Positions 1 through 13,040 of a stretch of DNA of 64,000 bases are shown here, piece after piece; position 1 is the stretch's first letter, and the number at the start of each line of letters is the position of its first letter. This DNA comes from Torpedo marmorata (taxonomy: Eukaryota), in assembly GCA_977017645.1 (NCBI GenBank), contig OZ360227.1, positions 95,046,001-95,110,000 of the forward strand, read 5' to 3'. The position numbers and the translations under genes are program-made. Below the pieces are notes generated by a model. That model saw only the letters and a program-made list of their open reading frames with translations. It was not told the DNA's origin and did no database searches.

Positions 1-3000
1 CCGTCACGCCCCGGAGAGTAACACTCCCCACCGCCCCGTCCACGAGAGTAACACTCCCCACCGCCACGTCCCCGGAGAGTAACACTCCCCACCGCTCCGT
101 CCCCGGAGAGTAACACTCCCCACCGCCACGCCATTAGAGTAACATTCCCCACCGCCAAGCCCCTTAGAGTAACACTCCCAACCGCCACGCCCCGGAGAGT
201 AACACTCCCCACCGCCACGCCCCTGAGAGTAACACTCCCCAACGACCCGTCCCTGAGAGTAACATTCCCCACCGCCACGCTCCGGAGAGTAACACTCCCC
301 ACCGCCCCGTCCCCGAGAGTAACACTCCCCACCGCCACTCCCCGGAGAGTAACACTCCCCACCGCCATGCCCCGGAGAGTAAAACTCCCCACCGCCCCGT
401 CCCCAAGAGTAACACTCCCCTCTGCCCCGTCCCGGAGAGTAACACGCAGCCACCGCCACGCCCCTGAGAGTAACACTCCCCACCGCCACGCCCCGGAGAG
501 TAACACTCCCCACCGCTACTCCCCGGAGAGTAATACTCCCCACCGCAACGCCCCGGAGAGTAACACTACCCACCGCCACTCCACGGAGAGTAACACTCCC
601 CACCGCCATGCTCCGGAGAGTAATGTTCCCCACCGCCATGCACCGGAGTATAACGCTCCCCACCGCCACGCCCCTGGGAGTAACACTCCCATCCGCCACG
701 CCCCGGAGTGTAACACTCCCCCCCGCCACGCCCCGGAGAGTAAAACTCCCCTCCGACACGCCCCGGAGAGTAACACTCCCCACCGCCACGCCCCGAGAGT
801 AACACTCCCCACCGCCACGCCCCGGAGAGTAACACTCCCCTCCGCCACGCCCCGGAGAGTAACACTCCCCACCGCCACGTCCCGGAGAGTAACACTCCCC
901 ACCGCCACATCCCCGAGAGTAACACTCCCCACCGCCACGCCCCGGAGAGTAACACTCACCACCGCCACGCCCTGGAGAGTAACACTCCCAACCGCCAGGT
1001 CCCCGAGAGTAACACTCCTCACCGCCACGCCCCGGAGAGTAACACTCCCCACCGCCACGCCCCGGAGAGTAACACTCCCCACCGCCAGGTCCCCGAGAGT
1101 AATACTCCCCACCGCCACGCCCCGAGAGTAACACTCCTCTCCGCCACGCCCCGGAGAGTAACTCTCCCCACCGCCACGTCCCGGAGAGTAACACTCTCCA
1201 CCGCCACGCCCCGGAGAGTAACACTCCCCACCGCCACGCCCCGGAGAGTAACACTCCCCACCGCCAGGTCCCCGAGAGTAACACTCCCCACCGCCACGCC
1301 CCGGAGAGTAACACTCCTCTCCGCCACGCCCCAGAGAGTAACACTCCCCACCGCCACGTCCCGGAGAGTAACACTCCCCACCGCCACGTCCCCGAGAGTA
1401 ACAATCCCCAACGCCACGCCCCGGAGAGTAACACTTCCAACCGCCACGTCCCCGAGTCTAACAGTCCCCACCGCCACGCCCCGGAGAGTAACACTCCCCT
1501 CCGCCACGCCCCGGAGAGTAATACTCCCCACCGCCACGTCCCCGAGAGTAACACTCCCCACGGCCACGCCCCCGAGTGTAACACTCCCCACCGCCACGCC
1601 CTGGAGAGAAACACTTCCCACCGCCACGCCCCGGAGAGTAGCACTCCCCACCGCCCCGTCACCGAGAGTAACACTCCCCACCGTCACGCCCCGGAGAGTA
1701 ACAGTCCCCACCGCCACGCCCCGGAGAGTAACACTCCCCACCGCACCGTCCCCGACAGTAACACTCCCCACCGCTCCATCCCCGAGAGTAACACTCCCCA
1801 CCGCCACGCCCCAGAGAGTAACAATCCCAACCACCCCGTCCCCGAGAGTAACACTCTCCACCTCCCCGTGCCCGAGAGTAACACTCCCCAACGCCACGCC
1901 CCGGAGAGTAACACTCCCCACCACCCCGTCCCCGAGAGTAACACTCTCCACCTCCCCGTGCCCGAGAGTAACACTCCCCAACGCCACGCCCCGGAGAGTA
2001 ACACTCCCCACCACCACTCCCCGGAGTGTAACACTCCCCACCGCCACTCCCCGGAGTGAACCATTCCCCACCGCCCCGTCCCCGAGAGTAACCCTCCCCA
2101 CCGTCACGCCCCGGAGAGTAAAACTCCCCACAGCCCCGTCCCCGAGAGTAACACTCCCCACCGCCACGCCCCGGAGAGTAGCACTCCCCACCGCCCCGTC
2201 ACTGAGAGTAACACTCTCCACCACCACGCCCCGGAGAGTAAAACTCCCCACCGCCCCGTCCCCGAGAGTAACACTTCCCACCGCTCCGTCCCCGAGAGTA
2301 ACACTCCCAGGCACTACGCCCCGGAGAGTAACACTCCCCACCGCCACGCCCCGGAGAGTAACATTCCTCACCGCCAGGTCCCCGAGAGTAACACTCCCCA
2401 CCGCCATGCCCCGGAGAGTAACACTCCCCACCGCCACGCCCCGGAGAGTAACACTCCCCACCGCCTGGTCCCCGAGAGTAATACTCCCCAACGCCACGCC
2501 CCGGAGAGTAACACTCCCCACCGCCACGCCCCGGAGAGTAACAGTCCCCTCCGCCACGCCCTGGAGAGTAACACTCACCACCGCCACGTCCCGGAGAGTA
2601 ACACTCGCCACCGCCACGTCCCCGAGAGTAACACTCCCCACCGCCACGCCCCGGAGAGTAACATGCACCACCGCCACGTCCCCGAGAGTAACACTCCCCA
2701 CCGCCACGCCCCGGAGAGTAACAGTCCCCTCCGCCACGCCCTGGAGAGTAACACTCCCCACCGCCACGTCCCGGAGAGTAACACTCTCCACCGCCAGGTC
2801 ACTGAGAGTAACACTCCCCACCGCCACGCCCCGGAGAGTAACAATCCCCACCGCCATGCCCCGGAGAGTAACACTCCCCTCAGCCACGCCCCGGAGAGTA
2901 ACACTCCCCACCGCCACGTCCCGGAGAGTAACACTCCCCACACTCCCCACCGCCACATCCCCGAGAGTAACAATCCCCACCGCCACGCGCCGGAGAGTAA

Positions 3001-6000
3001 CACTGCCCACCGCCACGTCCCCGAGAGTATCACTCCCCACCGCCACGCCCCCGAGAGTAACACTCCCCACCGCAACGCCCTGGAGAGAAACACTTCCCAC
3101 CGCCACGCCCCGGAGAGTAACACTCCCCACCGCCCCGTAACCGAGAGTAACACTCCCCACCGTCACGCCCAGGAGAGTAACACTCCCCACAGCCTCGTCC
3201 CCGAGAGTAACACTCCCCACCGCCCCGTCCCCGAGAGTAACACTCCCCATGCCCCGTCCCGGAGAGTAACACTCCCCACCGCCACGCCCCTGAGAGTAAC
3301 CCTCCCCACCGCCACGCCCCGGAGAGTAACACTCCCAACCGCTACTCCCCGGTAAGTAATATTCCCCACCGCAACGCCCCGGAGAGTAACACTCCCCACC
3401 GCCACTCCCCGGAGAGTAACACTCCCCACCGCCACGAACCGGAGAGTAATGTTCCCCACCGCCACGCACCGGAGTATAACGCTCCCCACCGCCATGCCCC
3501 TGGGAGTAACACTTCCATCCGCCACGCCCCGGAGAGTAAAACTCCCCCCCGCCACGCCCCGGAGAGTAACACTCCCCTCCGACACACACCGGAGAGTAAC
3601 ACTCCCTACCGCCACCCCCCGAGAGTAACACTCCCCACTGCCACGCCCCGGAGAGTAATGATCCCCACCGCCACGTCCCCAGAGTGTAACACTGCCCACC
3701 GCCACTCCCCGGAGTGTAACACTGCCCACCGCCCCGTCCCCGAGAGTAACACTCCCCACCGTCACGCCTCGGAGAGTAACACTCCCCACCGCCCCATCCC
3801 TGGAGAGTAATACTCCCCACCGCCACGCCCCTTAGAGTAACACTCCCCACCGCCACGCCCCGGATAGTAATACTCCACACCGCCACGCCCTGGAGCGTAA
3901 CACTCCCCACCGCACTGTCTCCGGAGAATAACACTCCCAACCGTCACGCCCCGGAGAGTAACACTCCCCACCGCCCCGTCCACGAGAGTAACACTCCCCA
4001 CCGCCACGTCCCCGGAGAGTAACACTCCCCACCGCTCCGTCCCCGGAGAGTAACACTCCCCACCGCCACGCCATTAGAGTAACATTCCCCACCGCCAAGC
4101 CCCTTAGAGTAACACTCCCAACCGCCACGCCCCGGAGAGTAACACTCCCCACCGCCACGCCCCTGAGAGTAACACTCCCCAACGACCCGTCCCTGAGAGT
4201 AACATTCCCCACCGCCACGCTCCGGAGAGTAACAATCCCCACCGCCCCGTCCCCGAGAGTAACACTCCCCACCGCCACTCCCCGGAGAGTAACACTCCCC
4301 ACCGCCATGCCCCGGAGAGTAAAACTCCCCACCGCCCCGTCCCCAAGAGTAACACTCCCCTCTGCCCCGTCCCGGAGAGTAACACGCAGCCACCGCCACG
4401 CCCCTGAGAGTAACACTCCCCACCGCCACGCCCCGGAGAGTAACACTCCCCACCGCTACTCCCCGGAGAGTAATACTCCCCACCGCAACGCCCCGGAGAG
4501 TAACACTACCCACCGCCACTCCCCGGAGAGTAACACTCCCCACCGCCATGCTCCGGAGAGTAATGTTCCCCACCGCCATGCACCGGAGTATAACGCTCCC
4601 CACCGCCACGCCCCTGGGAGTAACACTCCCATCCGCCACGCCCCGGAGTGTAACACTCCCCCCCGCCACGCCCCGGAGAGTAAAACTCCCCTCCGACACG
4701 CCCCGGAGAGTAACACTCCCCACCGCCACGCCCCGAGAGTAACACTCCCCACCGCCACGCCCCGGAGAGTAACACTCCCCTCCGCCACGCCCCGGAGAGT
4801 AACACTCCCCACCGCCACGTCCCGGAGAGTAACACTCCCCACCGCCACATCCCCGAGAGTAACACTCCCCACCGCCACGCCCCGGAGAGTAACACTCACC
4901 ACCGCCACGCCCTGGAGAGTAACACTCCCAACCGCCAGGTCCCCGAGAGTAACACTCCTCACCGCCACGCCCCGGAGAGTAACACTCCCCACCGCCACGC
5001 CCCGGAGAGTAACACTCCCCACCGCCAGGTCCCCGAGAGTAATACTCCCCACCGCCACGCCCCGAGAGTAACACTCCTCTCCGCCACGCCCCGGAGAGTA
5101 ACTCTCCCCACCGCCACGTCCCGGAGAGTAACACTCTCCACCGCCACGCCCCGGAGAGTAACACTCCCCACCGCCACGCCCCGGAGAGTAACACTCCCCA
5201 CCGCCAGGTCCCCGAGAGTAACACTCCCCACCGCCACGCCCCGGAGAGTAACACTCCTCTCCGCCACGCCCCAGAGAGTAACACTCCCCACCGCCACGTC
5301 CCGGAGAGTAACACTCCCCACCGCCACGTCCCCGAGAGTAACAATCCCCAACGCCACGCCCCGGAGAGTAACACTTCCAACCGCCACGTCCCCGAGTCTA
5401 ACAGTCTCCACCGCCATGCCCCGGAGAGTAACACTCCCCTCCGCCACGCCCCGGAGAGTAATACTCCCCACCGCCACGTCCCCGAGAGTAACACTCCCCA
5501 CGGCCACGCCCCCGAGTGTAACACTCCCCACCGCCACGCCCTGGAGAGAAACACTTCCCACCGCCACGCCCCGGAGAGTAGCACTCCCCACCGCCCCGTC
5601 ACCGAGAGTAACACTCCCCACCGTCACGCCCCGGAGAGTAACAGTCCCCACCGCCACGCCCCGGAGAGTAACACTCCCCACCGCACCGTCCCCGACAGTA
5701 ACACTCCCCACCGCTCCATCCCCGAGAGTAACACTCCCCACCGCCACGCCCCAGAGAGTAACAATCCCAACCACCCCGTCCCCGAGAGTAACACTCTCCA
5801 CCTCCCCGTGCCCGAGAGTAACACTCCCCAACGCCACGCCCCGGAGAGTAACACTCCCCACCACCCCGTCCCCGAGAGTAACACTCTCCACCTCCCCGTG
5901 CCCGAGAGTAACACTCCCCAACGCCACGCCCCGGAGAGTAACACTCCCCACCACCACTCCCCGGAGTGTAACACTCCCCACCGCCACTCCCCGGAGTGAA

Positions 6001-9000
6001 CCATTCCCCACCGCCCCGTCCCCGAGAGTAACCCTCCCCACCGTCACGCCCCGGAGAGTAAAACTCCCCACAGCCCCGTCCCCGAGAGTAACACTCCCCA
6101 CCGCCACGCCCCGGAGAGTAACACTCCCCACCGCCCCGTCACTGAGAGTAACACTCTCCACCACCACGCCCCGGAGAGTAAAACTCCCCACCGCCCCGTC
6201 CCCGAGAGTAACACTTCCCACCGCTCCGTCCCCGAGAGTAACACTCCCAGGCACTACGCCCCGGAGAGTAACACTCCCCACCGCCACGCCCCGGAGAGTA
6301 ACATTCCTCACCGCCAGGTCCCCGAGAGTAACACTCCCCACCGCCATGCCCCGGAGAGTAACACTCCCCACCGCCACGCCCCGGAGAGTAACACTCCCCA
6401 CCGCCTGGTCCCCGAGAGTAATACTCCCCAACGCCACGCCCCGGAGAGTAACACTCCCCACCGCCACGCCCCGGAGAGTAACAGTCCCCTCCGCCACGCC
6501 CTGGAGAGTAACACTCACCACCGCCACGTCCCGGAGAGTAACACTCGCCACCGCCACGTCCCCGAGAGTAACACTCCCCACCGCCACGCCCCGGAGAGTA
6601 ACATGCACCACCGCCACGTCCCCGAGAGTAACACTCCCCACCGCCACGCCCCGGAGAGTAACAGTCCCCTCCGCCACGCCCTGGAGAGTAACACTCCCCA
6701 CCGCCACGTCCCGGAGAGTAACACTCTCCACCGCCTGGTCACCGAGAGTAACACTCCCCACCGCCACGCCCCGGAGAGTAACAATCCCCACCGCCACGCC
6801 CCGGAGAGTAACACTCCCCTCAGCCACGCCCCGGAGAGTAACACTCCCCACCGCCACGTCCCGGAGAGTAACACTCCCCACACTCCCCACCGCCACATCC
6901 CCGAGAGTAACAATCCCCACCGCCACGCGCCGGAGAGTAACACTGCCCACCGCCACGTCCCCGAGAGTATCACTCCCCACCGCCACGCCCCCGAGAGTAA
7001 CACTCCCCACCGCAACGCCCTGGAGAGAAACACTTCCCACCGCCACGCCCCGGAGAGTAACACTCCCCACCGCCCCGTAACCGAGAGTAACACTCCCCAC
7101 CGTCACGCCCAGGAGAGTAACACTCCCCACAGCCTCGTCTCCGAGAGTAACACTCCCCACCGCCCCGTCCCCGAGAGTAACACTCCCCATGCCACGCCCC
7201 GGAGAGTAACACTCCCCAACGCCCCGTCCCCGACAATAACACTCCCCACCGCTCCGTCCCCGAGAGTAACACTCCCCACCGCCACGCCCCAGAGAGTAAC
7301 AATCCCCACCGCCCCGTCCCCGAGAGTAACACTCCCCACCGCCACGCCCCGGAGAGTAACATGCACCACCGCCACGTCCCCGAGAGTAACACTCCCCACC
7401 GCCATGCCCCGGAGAGTAACAGTCCCCTCCGCCACGCCCTGGAGAGTAACACTCCCCACCGCCACGTCCCGGAGAGTAACACTCTCCACCGCCAGGTCAC
7501 CGAGAGTAACACTCCCCACCGCCACGCCCCGGAGAGTTACAATCCCCACCGCCACGCCCCGGAGAGTAACACTCCCCTCAGCCACGCCCTGGAGAGTAAC
7601 ACTCCCCACCGCCACGTCCCGGAGAGTAACACTCCCCACACTCCCCACCGCCACATCCCCGAGAGTAACAATCCCCACCGCCACGCGCCGGAGAGTAACA
7701 CTGCCCACCGCCACGTCCCCGAGAGTATCACTCCCCACCGCCACGCCCCTGAGAGTAACACTCCCCACCGCAACGCCCTGGAGAGAAACACTTCCCACCG
7801 TCACGCCCAGGAGAGTAACACTCCCCACAGCCTCGTCCCCGAGAGTAACACTCCCCACCGCCCCGTCCCCGAGAGTAACACTCCCCACGCCACGCCCCGT
7901 AGAGTAACACTCCCCACCGCCACGCCCCGGAGAGTAACACTCCCTAACGCCCCGTCCCCGACAATAACACTCCCCACCGCTCCGTCCCCGAGAGTAACAC
8001 TCCCCACCGCCACGCCCCAGAGAGTAACAATCCCCACCGCCCCGTCCCCGAGAGTAACACTCCCCACCGCCCCGTGCCCGAGAGTAACACTCCCCAACGC
8101 CCCGTCCCCGACAATAACACTCCCCACCGCTCCGTCCCCGAGAGTAACACTCCCCACCGCCACGCCCCAGAGAGTAACAATCCCCACCGCCCCATCCCCG
8201 AGAGTAACACTCCCCACCGCCTCGTGCCCGAGAGTAACACTCCCCAACGCCACAACCCGGAGAGTAACACTCCCCACCGCCACTCCCCGGAGTGTAACAC
8301 TCCCCACCTCCACTCCCCGGAGTGTAACACTCCCCACCGCCCCGTCCCCGAGAGTAACACTCCCCACCGTCACGCCCCGGAGAGTAAAAACTCCCCACAG
8401 ACCCGTCCCCGACAGTAACACTCCCCACCGCCCCGTCCCCGAGAGTAACACTCCCCACCGCCCCGTCCCCGAGAGTAACACTCCCCACCGTCACGCCCCG
8501 GAGAGTAACACTCCCCACCGCCCCGTCACTGAGAGTAACACTCCCCAGCACCACGCCCCGGAGAGTAAAACTCCACACCGCCCCGTCCCCGAGAGTAACA
8601 CTTCCAACCACTCCGTCCCCGAGAGTAACACTCCCAGGCACCACGCCCTGGAGAGTAACACACCCCACCGCCACGCCCCGGAGAGTAACACTCCCTACCG
8701 CCACGCCCCGGAAAGTAACACTCCCCACCGCCAGGTCCCCGAGAGTAATACTCCCCACCGCCATGCCCCGGAGAGTAACACTCCCCACCGCCACGCCCCG
8801 GAGAGTAACAGTCCCCTCCGCCATGCCCTGGAGAGTAACACTCCCCACCGCCACGTCCCGGAGAGTAACACTCTCCACCGCCACGTCCCCGAGAGTAACA
8901 CTCCCCACCGCCACGCCCCAGAGAGTAACACTCCCCACTGCCACGTCCCCGAGAGTAACACTCCCCACCGCCACGCCCAGGAGAGTAACACTCCCCTCCG

Positions 9001-12000
9001 CCACGCCCCGGAGAGTAACACTCCCCACCGCCACGTCCCCGAGAGTAACACTCCCCACCGTCACGCCAAGGAGAGAAACACTCCCCACCGCCACAGCCCG
9101 GAGAGTAACACTCCCCACCGCCCCGTCCCCGAGAGTAACACTCCCCACCGTCATGTCCCGGAGAGTAATACTCCCCACAGCCCCGTCCCCGAGAGTAACA
9201 CTCCCCACCGCCCTGTCCCCGAGAGTAACACTCCCCACCGCCACGCCCCGGAGAGTAACACTCCCCACCGCCACGCCCCGGAGAGTAACACTCCCCACCG
9301 CCCCGTCCCCGAAAGTAACACTCCCCACCGCTCCGTCCCCGAGAGTAACACTCCCCACCGCCACGCCCCTGAGAGTAACACTCCCCACCGCCCCGTCCCC
9401 GAGAGTAACACTCCCCACCGCCCCGTGCCCGAGAGTAACACTCCCCAACGCCACGCCCCGGAGAGTAACACTCCCCACCGCCACTCCCCGAAGTGTAACA
9501 CTCCCCAACGCCACTCCCCGGAGAGTAACACTCCCCACAGCCCCGTTCCCGAGAGTAACACTCACCACCGCCCTGTCCCCGGAGAGTAACACTCCCCACC
9601 GCCACGCCCCGGAGAGTAACTCTCCCCATCGCCACGCCCCTTAGAGTAACACACCACACCGCCACGCCCCGGAGAGTAACACTCCCCACCGCCACGCCCC
9701 TGAGAGTAACACTCCCCATTGCCCCGTCCCAGAGAGTAACATTCCCCACCGCCACGCCCCGGAGAGTAACACTCCCCATCTGCCCCGTCCCGGAGAGTAA
9801 CACTCCCCACCGCCACGCGTCTGAGAGTAACACTCCCCATTGCCACGCCATGGAGAGTAACACTCCCCACCGCTACTCTCCGGAGAGTAATACTCCCCAC
9901 CGCCACGCCCCGGAGAGTAACACTCCCCACCGCCACTCCCCGGAGAGTAACGCTCCCCACCGCCACGCTCCGGAGAGTAATGCTTCCCACTTCCACGCCC
10001 TGGAGAATAACGGTCCCCACCGCCACGCCCCGGGGAGTAACACTCCCCTCCGCCACGCCCCGGAGAGTAACACTCCCCTCCGCCACGCCCCGGAGAATAA
10101 CACTCCCCACCGCCACGCCCCGGAGAGTAACATTCCCCACCGCCAAGTCCCCGAGAGTAACACTCCCCACCGCCACGCCCCGGAGAGTAACACTCCCCAC
10201 CGCCACGTCCCCGAGAGTAACACTCCCCACCGCCACGCCCCGGAGAGTAACACTCCCCACCGCCACGCCCCGGAGAGTAACACTCCCCACCGCCAGGTCC
10301 CCGAGAGTAACACACCCCACCGCCACGCCCCGGAGAGTAACATTCCCCACCGCCACACCCCGGAGAGTAACATTCCCCACCGCCACGTCCCCGAGAGTAA
10401 CACTCCCCACCGCCACGCCCCGGAGAGTAAAACTCCCCACCGCCACACCCCGGAGAGTAACACTCCCCACCGCCCCGTCCCCGAAAGTAACACTCCCCAC
10501 CGCTCCGTCCCCGACAGTAACACTCCCCACTGCATCGCCCCAGAGAGTAACACTCCCCACCACCCCGTCCCCGAGAGTAACACTCCCCACCGCCCCGTGC
10601 CCGAGAGTAACACTCCACAACGCCACGCCCCGGAGTTTAACACTCCCCACCGCCACTCCCCGGAGTCTCACACTCCCCACCGCCCCGTCCCCGAGAGTAA
10701 CACTCCCCACCGTCACGCCCCAGAGAGTAACACTCCCCACAGCCGCGTCCCCGAGAGTAACACTCCACACCGCTCTGTCCCCGAGAGTAACACTCCCCAC
10801 CGCCACGCCATGGAAAGTAACACTCCCCACCGCCCCGTCACAGAGAGTAACACTCCCCACCGCCACGCCCCGGAGAGTAACACTCCCCACCGCCACGTCC
10901 CCAAGAGTAACACTCCCCAGCGCCACGCATCGTAGAGTAACACTCCCCAGCGCCACGCCCCGGAGAGTAACACTCCCCACTGTCATGCCCCGGAGAGTAA
11001 CACTCCCCACCGCCAGGTCCCCGAGAGTAACACTCCCCACCGCCACGCCCCGGAGAGTAACACTCCCCACCGCCACGTCCCGGAGAGTAACACTCCCCAC
11101 CGCCAGGTCCCCGAGAGTAACACTCCCCACCGCCACGCCCCGAGAGTAACACTCCCCACCGCCAGGTCCCCGAGAGTAACACTCCCCACCGCCACGCCCC
11201 GGAGAGTAACACTCCCCACCGCCACGCCCCGGAGAGTAACACTCCCCACCGCCATGCCCCAGAGAGTAACACTCCCCACCGCCACGTCTCCGAGAGTAAC
11301 ACTCCCCACCGCCACGCCCCGGAGAGTAACACTCCCCACAGCCACGCCCCGGAGAGTAACACTCCCCACCGCCACGCCCCGGAGTGTAACACTCCCCACC
11401 GCCACGCCCCGGAGAGTAACACTCCCCACCGCCACGCCCCGGAGAGTAACTCTCCCCACTGCCACGTTCCGGAGAGTAACACTCCCCACCGCCCCGTCCC
11501 CGGAGAGTAACACTCCCCACCGCCACGCCCCGGAGAGTAACACTCCCCACCGCCACGTCCCGGAGATTAACATTCCCCACCGCCACGCCCCGGAGAGTAA
11601 CACTCCCCACCGCCACGCCCCGGAGAGTAACACTCCCCACCGCCCCGTCCCCGGAGAGTAACACACCCCACCGCCACGCCCTGGAGAGTAACACTCCCCA
11701 CCGCCCCGTCCCCGGAGAGTAACACTCCCCACCGCCCCGTCCCCGTAGAGTAACACTCCCCACCGCCACGCCCCGGAGAGTAACACTCCCTACCCCACGC
11801 CACCGAGAGTAACACTCCCCACCGCCACGCCCCGGAGAGTAACACTCCCCACCGCCACGCCCCGGAGAGTAACACTCCCCTCCGCCACGTCCCGGAGAGT
11901 AGCAATCCCATCCGCCACGTCCCGGAGAGTAGCAATCCCCACCGCTACGGCCTGGAGAGTAACACTCCCCACCGCCACGCCCCGGAGAGTAACACTCCCT

Positions 12001-12194
12001 ACCCCACGCCACCGAGAGTAGCACTCCCCACCGCCACTCCCCGGAGAGTAACACTCCCCACCGCCACGCCCCGGAGAGTAACACTCCCCCCCGCCACGCC
12101 CTGTAGAGTAACACTCCCCACCGCCACGCCCCGGAGAGTAACACTCCCCACCGCCACGCCCCGGAGAGTAACACTCCCCACCGCCACGCCCCCG
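1..12194. repeat. 30-bp GC-rich tandem satellite/minisatellite, consensus GAGAGTAACACTCCCCACCGCCACGCCCCG, about 400 copies, open at the window's left edge
   Basis: The monomer is directly visible throughout, with 29/31-bp variants. The six-frame ORFs are 10-aa repeats (RRVTLPTATP, ESNTPHRHAP, GVAVGSVTLR, GGGECYSPGR, WGVLLSGAWR). Confidence 0.99.
3941..7189. repeat. Higher-order duplication of 1-3249 (period 3940 bp) within the satellite
   Basis: The same order of rare variant monomers recurs at an offset of 3940, with only about 10 substitutions seen by eye. ORFs 4..1674 and 3944..5614 are near-identical. Confidence 0.95.
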
Positions 12195-12350
12195 AATTGC
12201 CCCCATTGGGCAGATGGGATGGGAGTGGGACCCCGGGAGCACGCGACCAACAATCGACGCCGCGCGCATGCGTGGTTGACCGAGTACAAAGCAGGAAGCG
12301 TTGCGCTGACCGTCAGCGTTTATAAATAGGTTCGGGTGGGCAGTGGGTCC
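12195..12350 (+). promoter_or_regulatory. CpG-island-type proximal promoter of CERKL
   Basis: Inverted CCAAT (ATTGG 12205-12209), NRF1-like GCGCATGCG (12264-12272), ETS-like CAGGAAG (12292-12298), palindrome CGCTGAC-C-GTCAGCG (12304-12318) and TATAAATA (12321-12328), 70 bp before the ATG. Confidence 0.65.
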
Positions 12351-12390
12351 ATGTTCCCAGTTACAACATTTCAGTATTTTATTTTTGAAT

Positions 12391-12670
12391 ATGTTTGAAG
12401 GCCAACGGCGAGGAGTCCCTGCGGGGGACGCCTGGTGTGAGGCGGGCGATGGTTGCAGCCCGCGGCGGCCGGTCGTGGATGCCCGGAGGAAGGATCCCCT
12501 GGCGTGGTTCGGAGGGGCGAAGGAGGTGGCCGAGGAAGGCTGCACCATCCCGGGCGCTCCGGACGAACCGATCTGCAGGGGGATATTTGAGATTGAGAAA
12601 AGAAGCTGCGACGTGATGCTGACTCCCAACAGGCTCGAATGGACGGCAATTGAGCCGGAGAAACCTGTAG
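12391..12670 (+). CDS. CERKL: Ceramide kinase-like protein, coding exon 1 (phase-1 donor)
   Basis: Translation ...ICRGIFEIEKRSCDVMLTPNRLEWTAIEPEKPVG matches human CERKL [34 protein letters not shown]. The donor GTAG|GTGCGT falls after the first base of the same Gly codon at which human exon 1 ends (c.238). Confidence 0.92.
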
Positions 12671-13040
12671 GTGCGTGGTCATGACGGGAGCAGTAGCGGA
12701 ATTTGCACCGGGACTCGTACGTTGCACGGAGAGGGGGAGCGGGAGGGGGAGTACGAAATGGGATCCGTGCTCAAACTCAGCTGTGGCAGTGCAACAGAGA
12801 AAGGGCTAGTTTACATGTTCTTTTAGTTCATGTTCAGGTAAGCCAAGTTAACCAGATTCCGAAAAATCCATTGAAAGTATTTTTTTGAAAACAAAGTTCT
12901 AGTGATTTAAAACACTTCGTTTAACGTAAAAAAAAAATCGATAGCCCGACGCAGAAGTTCAACGGAAAAGACCCAAGTATAAATGTACGTCGGAAGTCGT
13001 GTCTGTGATTTAACTTTGTGCAAATCAGAAATTTACATAA

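Noticed and set aside
4-12174. Long ORFs (up to 973 aa) resembling mucin, pentapeptide/beta-helix or Gly-Cys-rich proteins
   Set aside because: They are open simultaneously in up to five frames because the 30-bp unit has a stop in only one frame. 29/31-bp variants shift frames freely, so there is no sign of coding constraint.
1-12194. CRISPR-like array (about 30-bp repeats with a small hairpin)
   Set aside because: There are no unique spacers and no cas genes, and the context is a vertebrate genome.
12343-12684. 113-aa ORF as a complete small protein
   Set aside because: It starts at a GTG and reads through the splice donor. It is CERKL exon 1 plus flanks.
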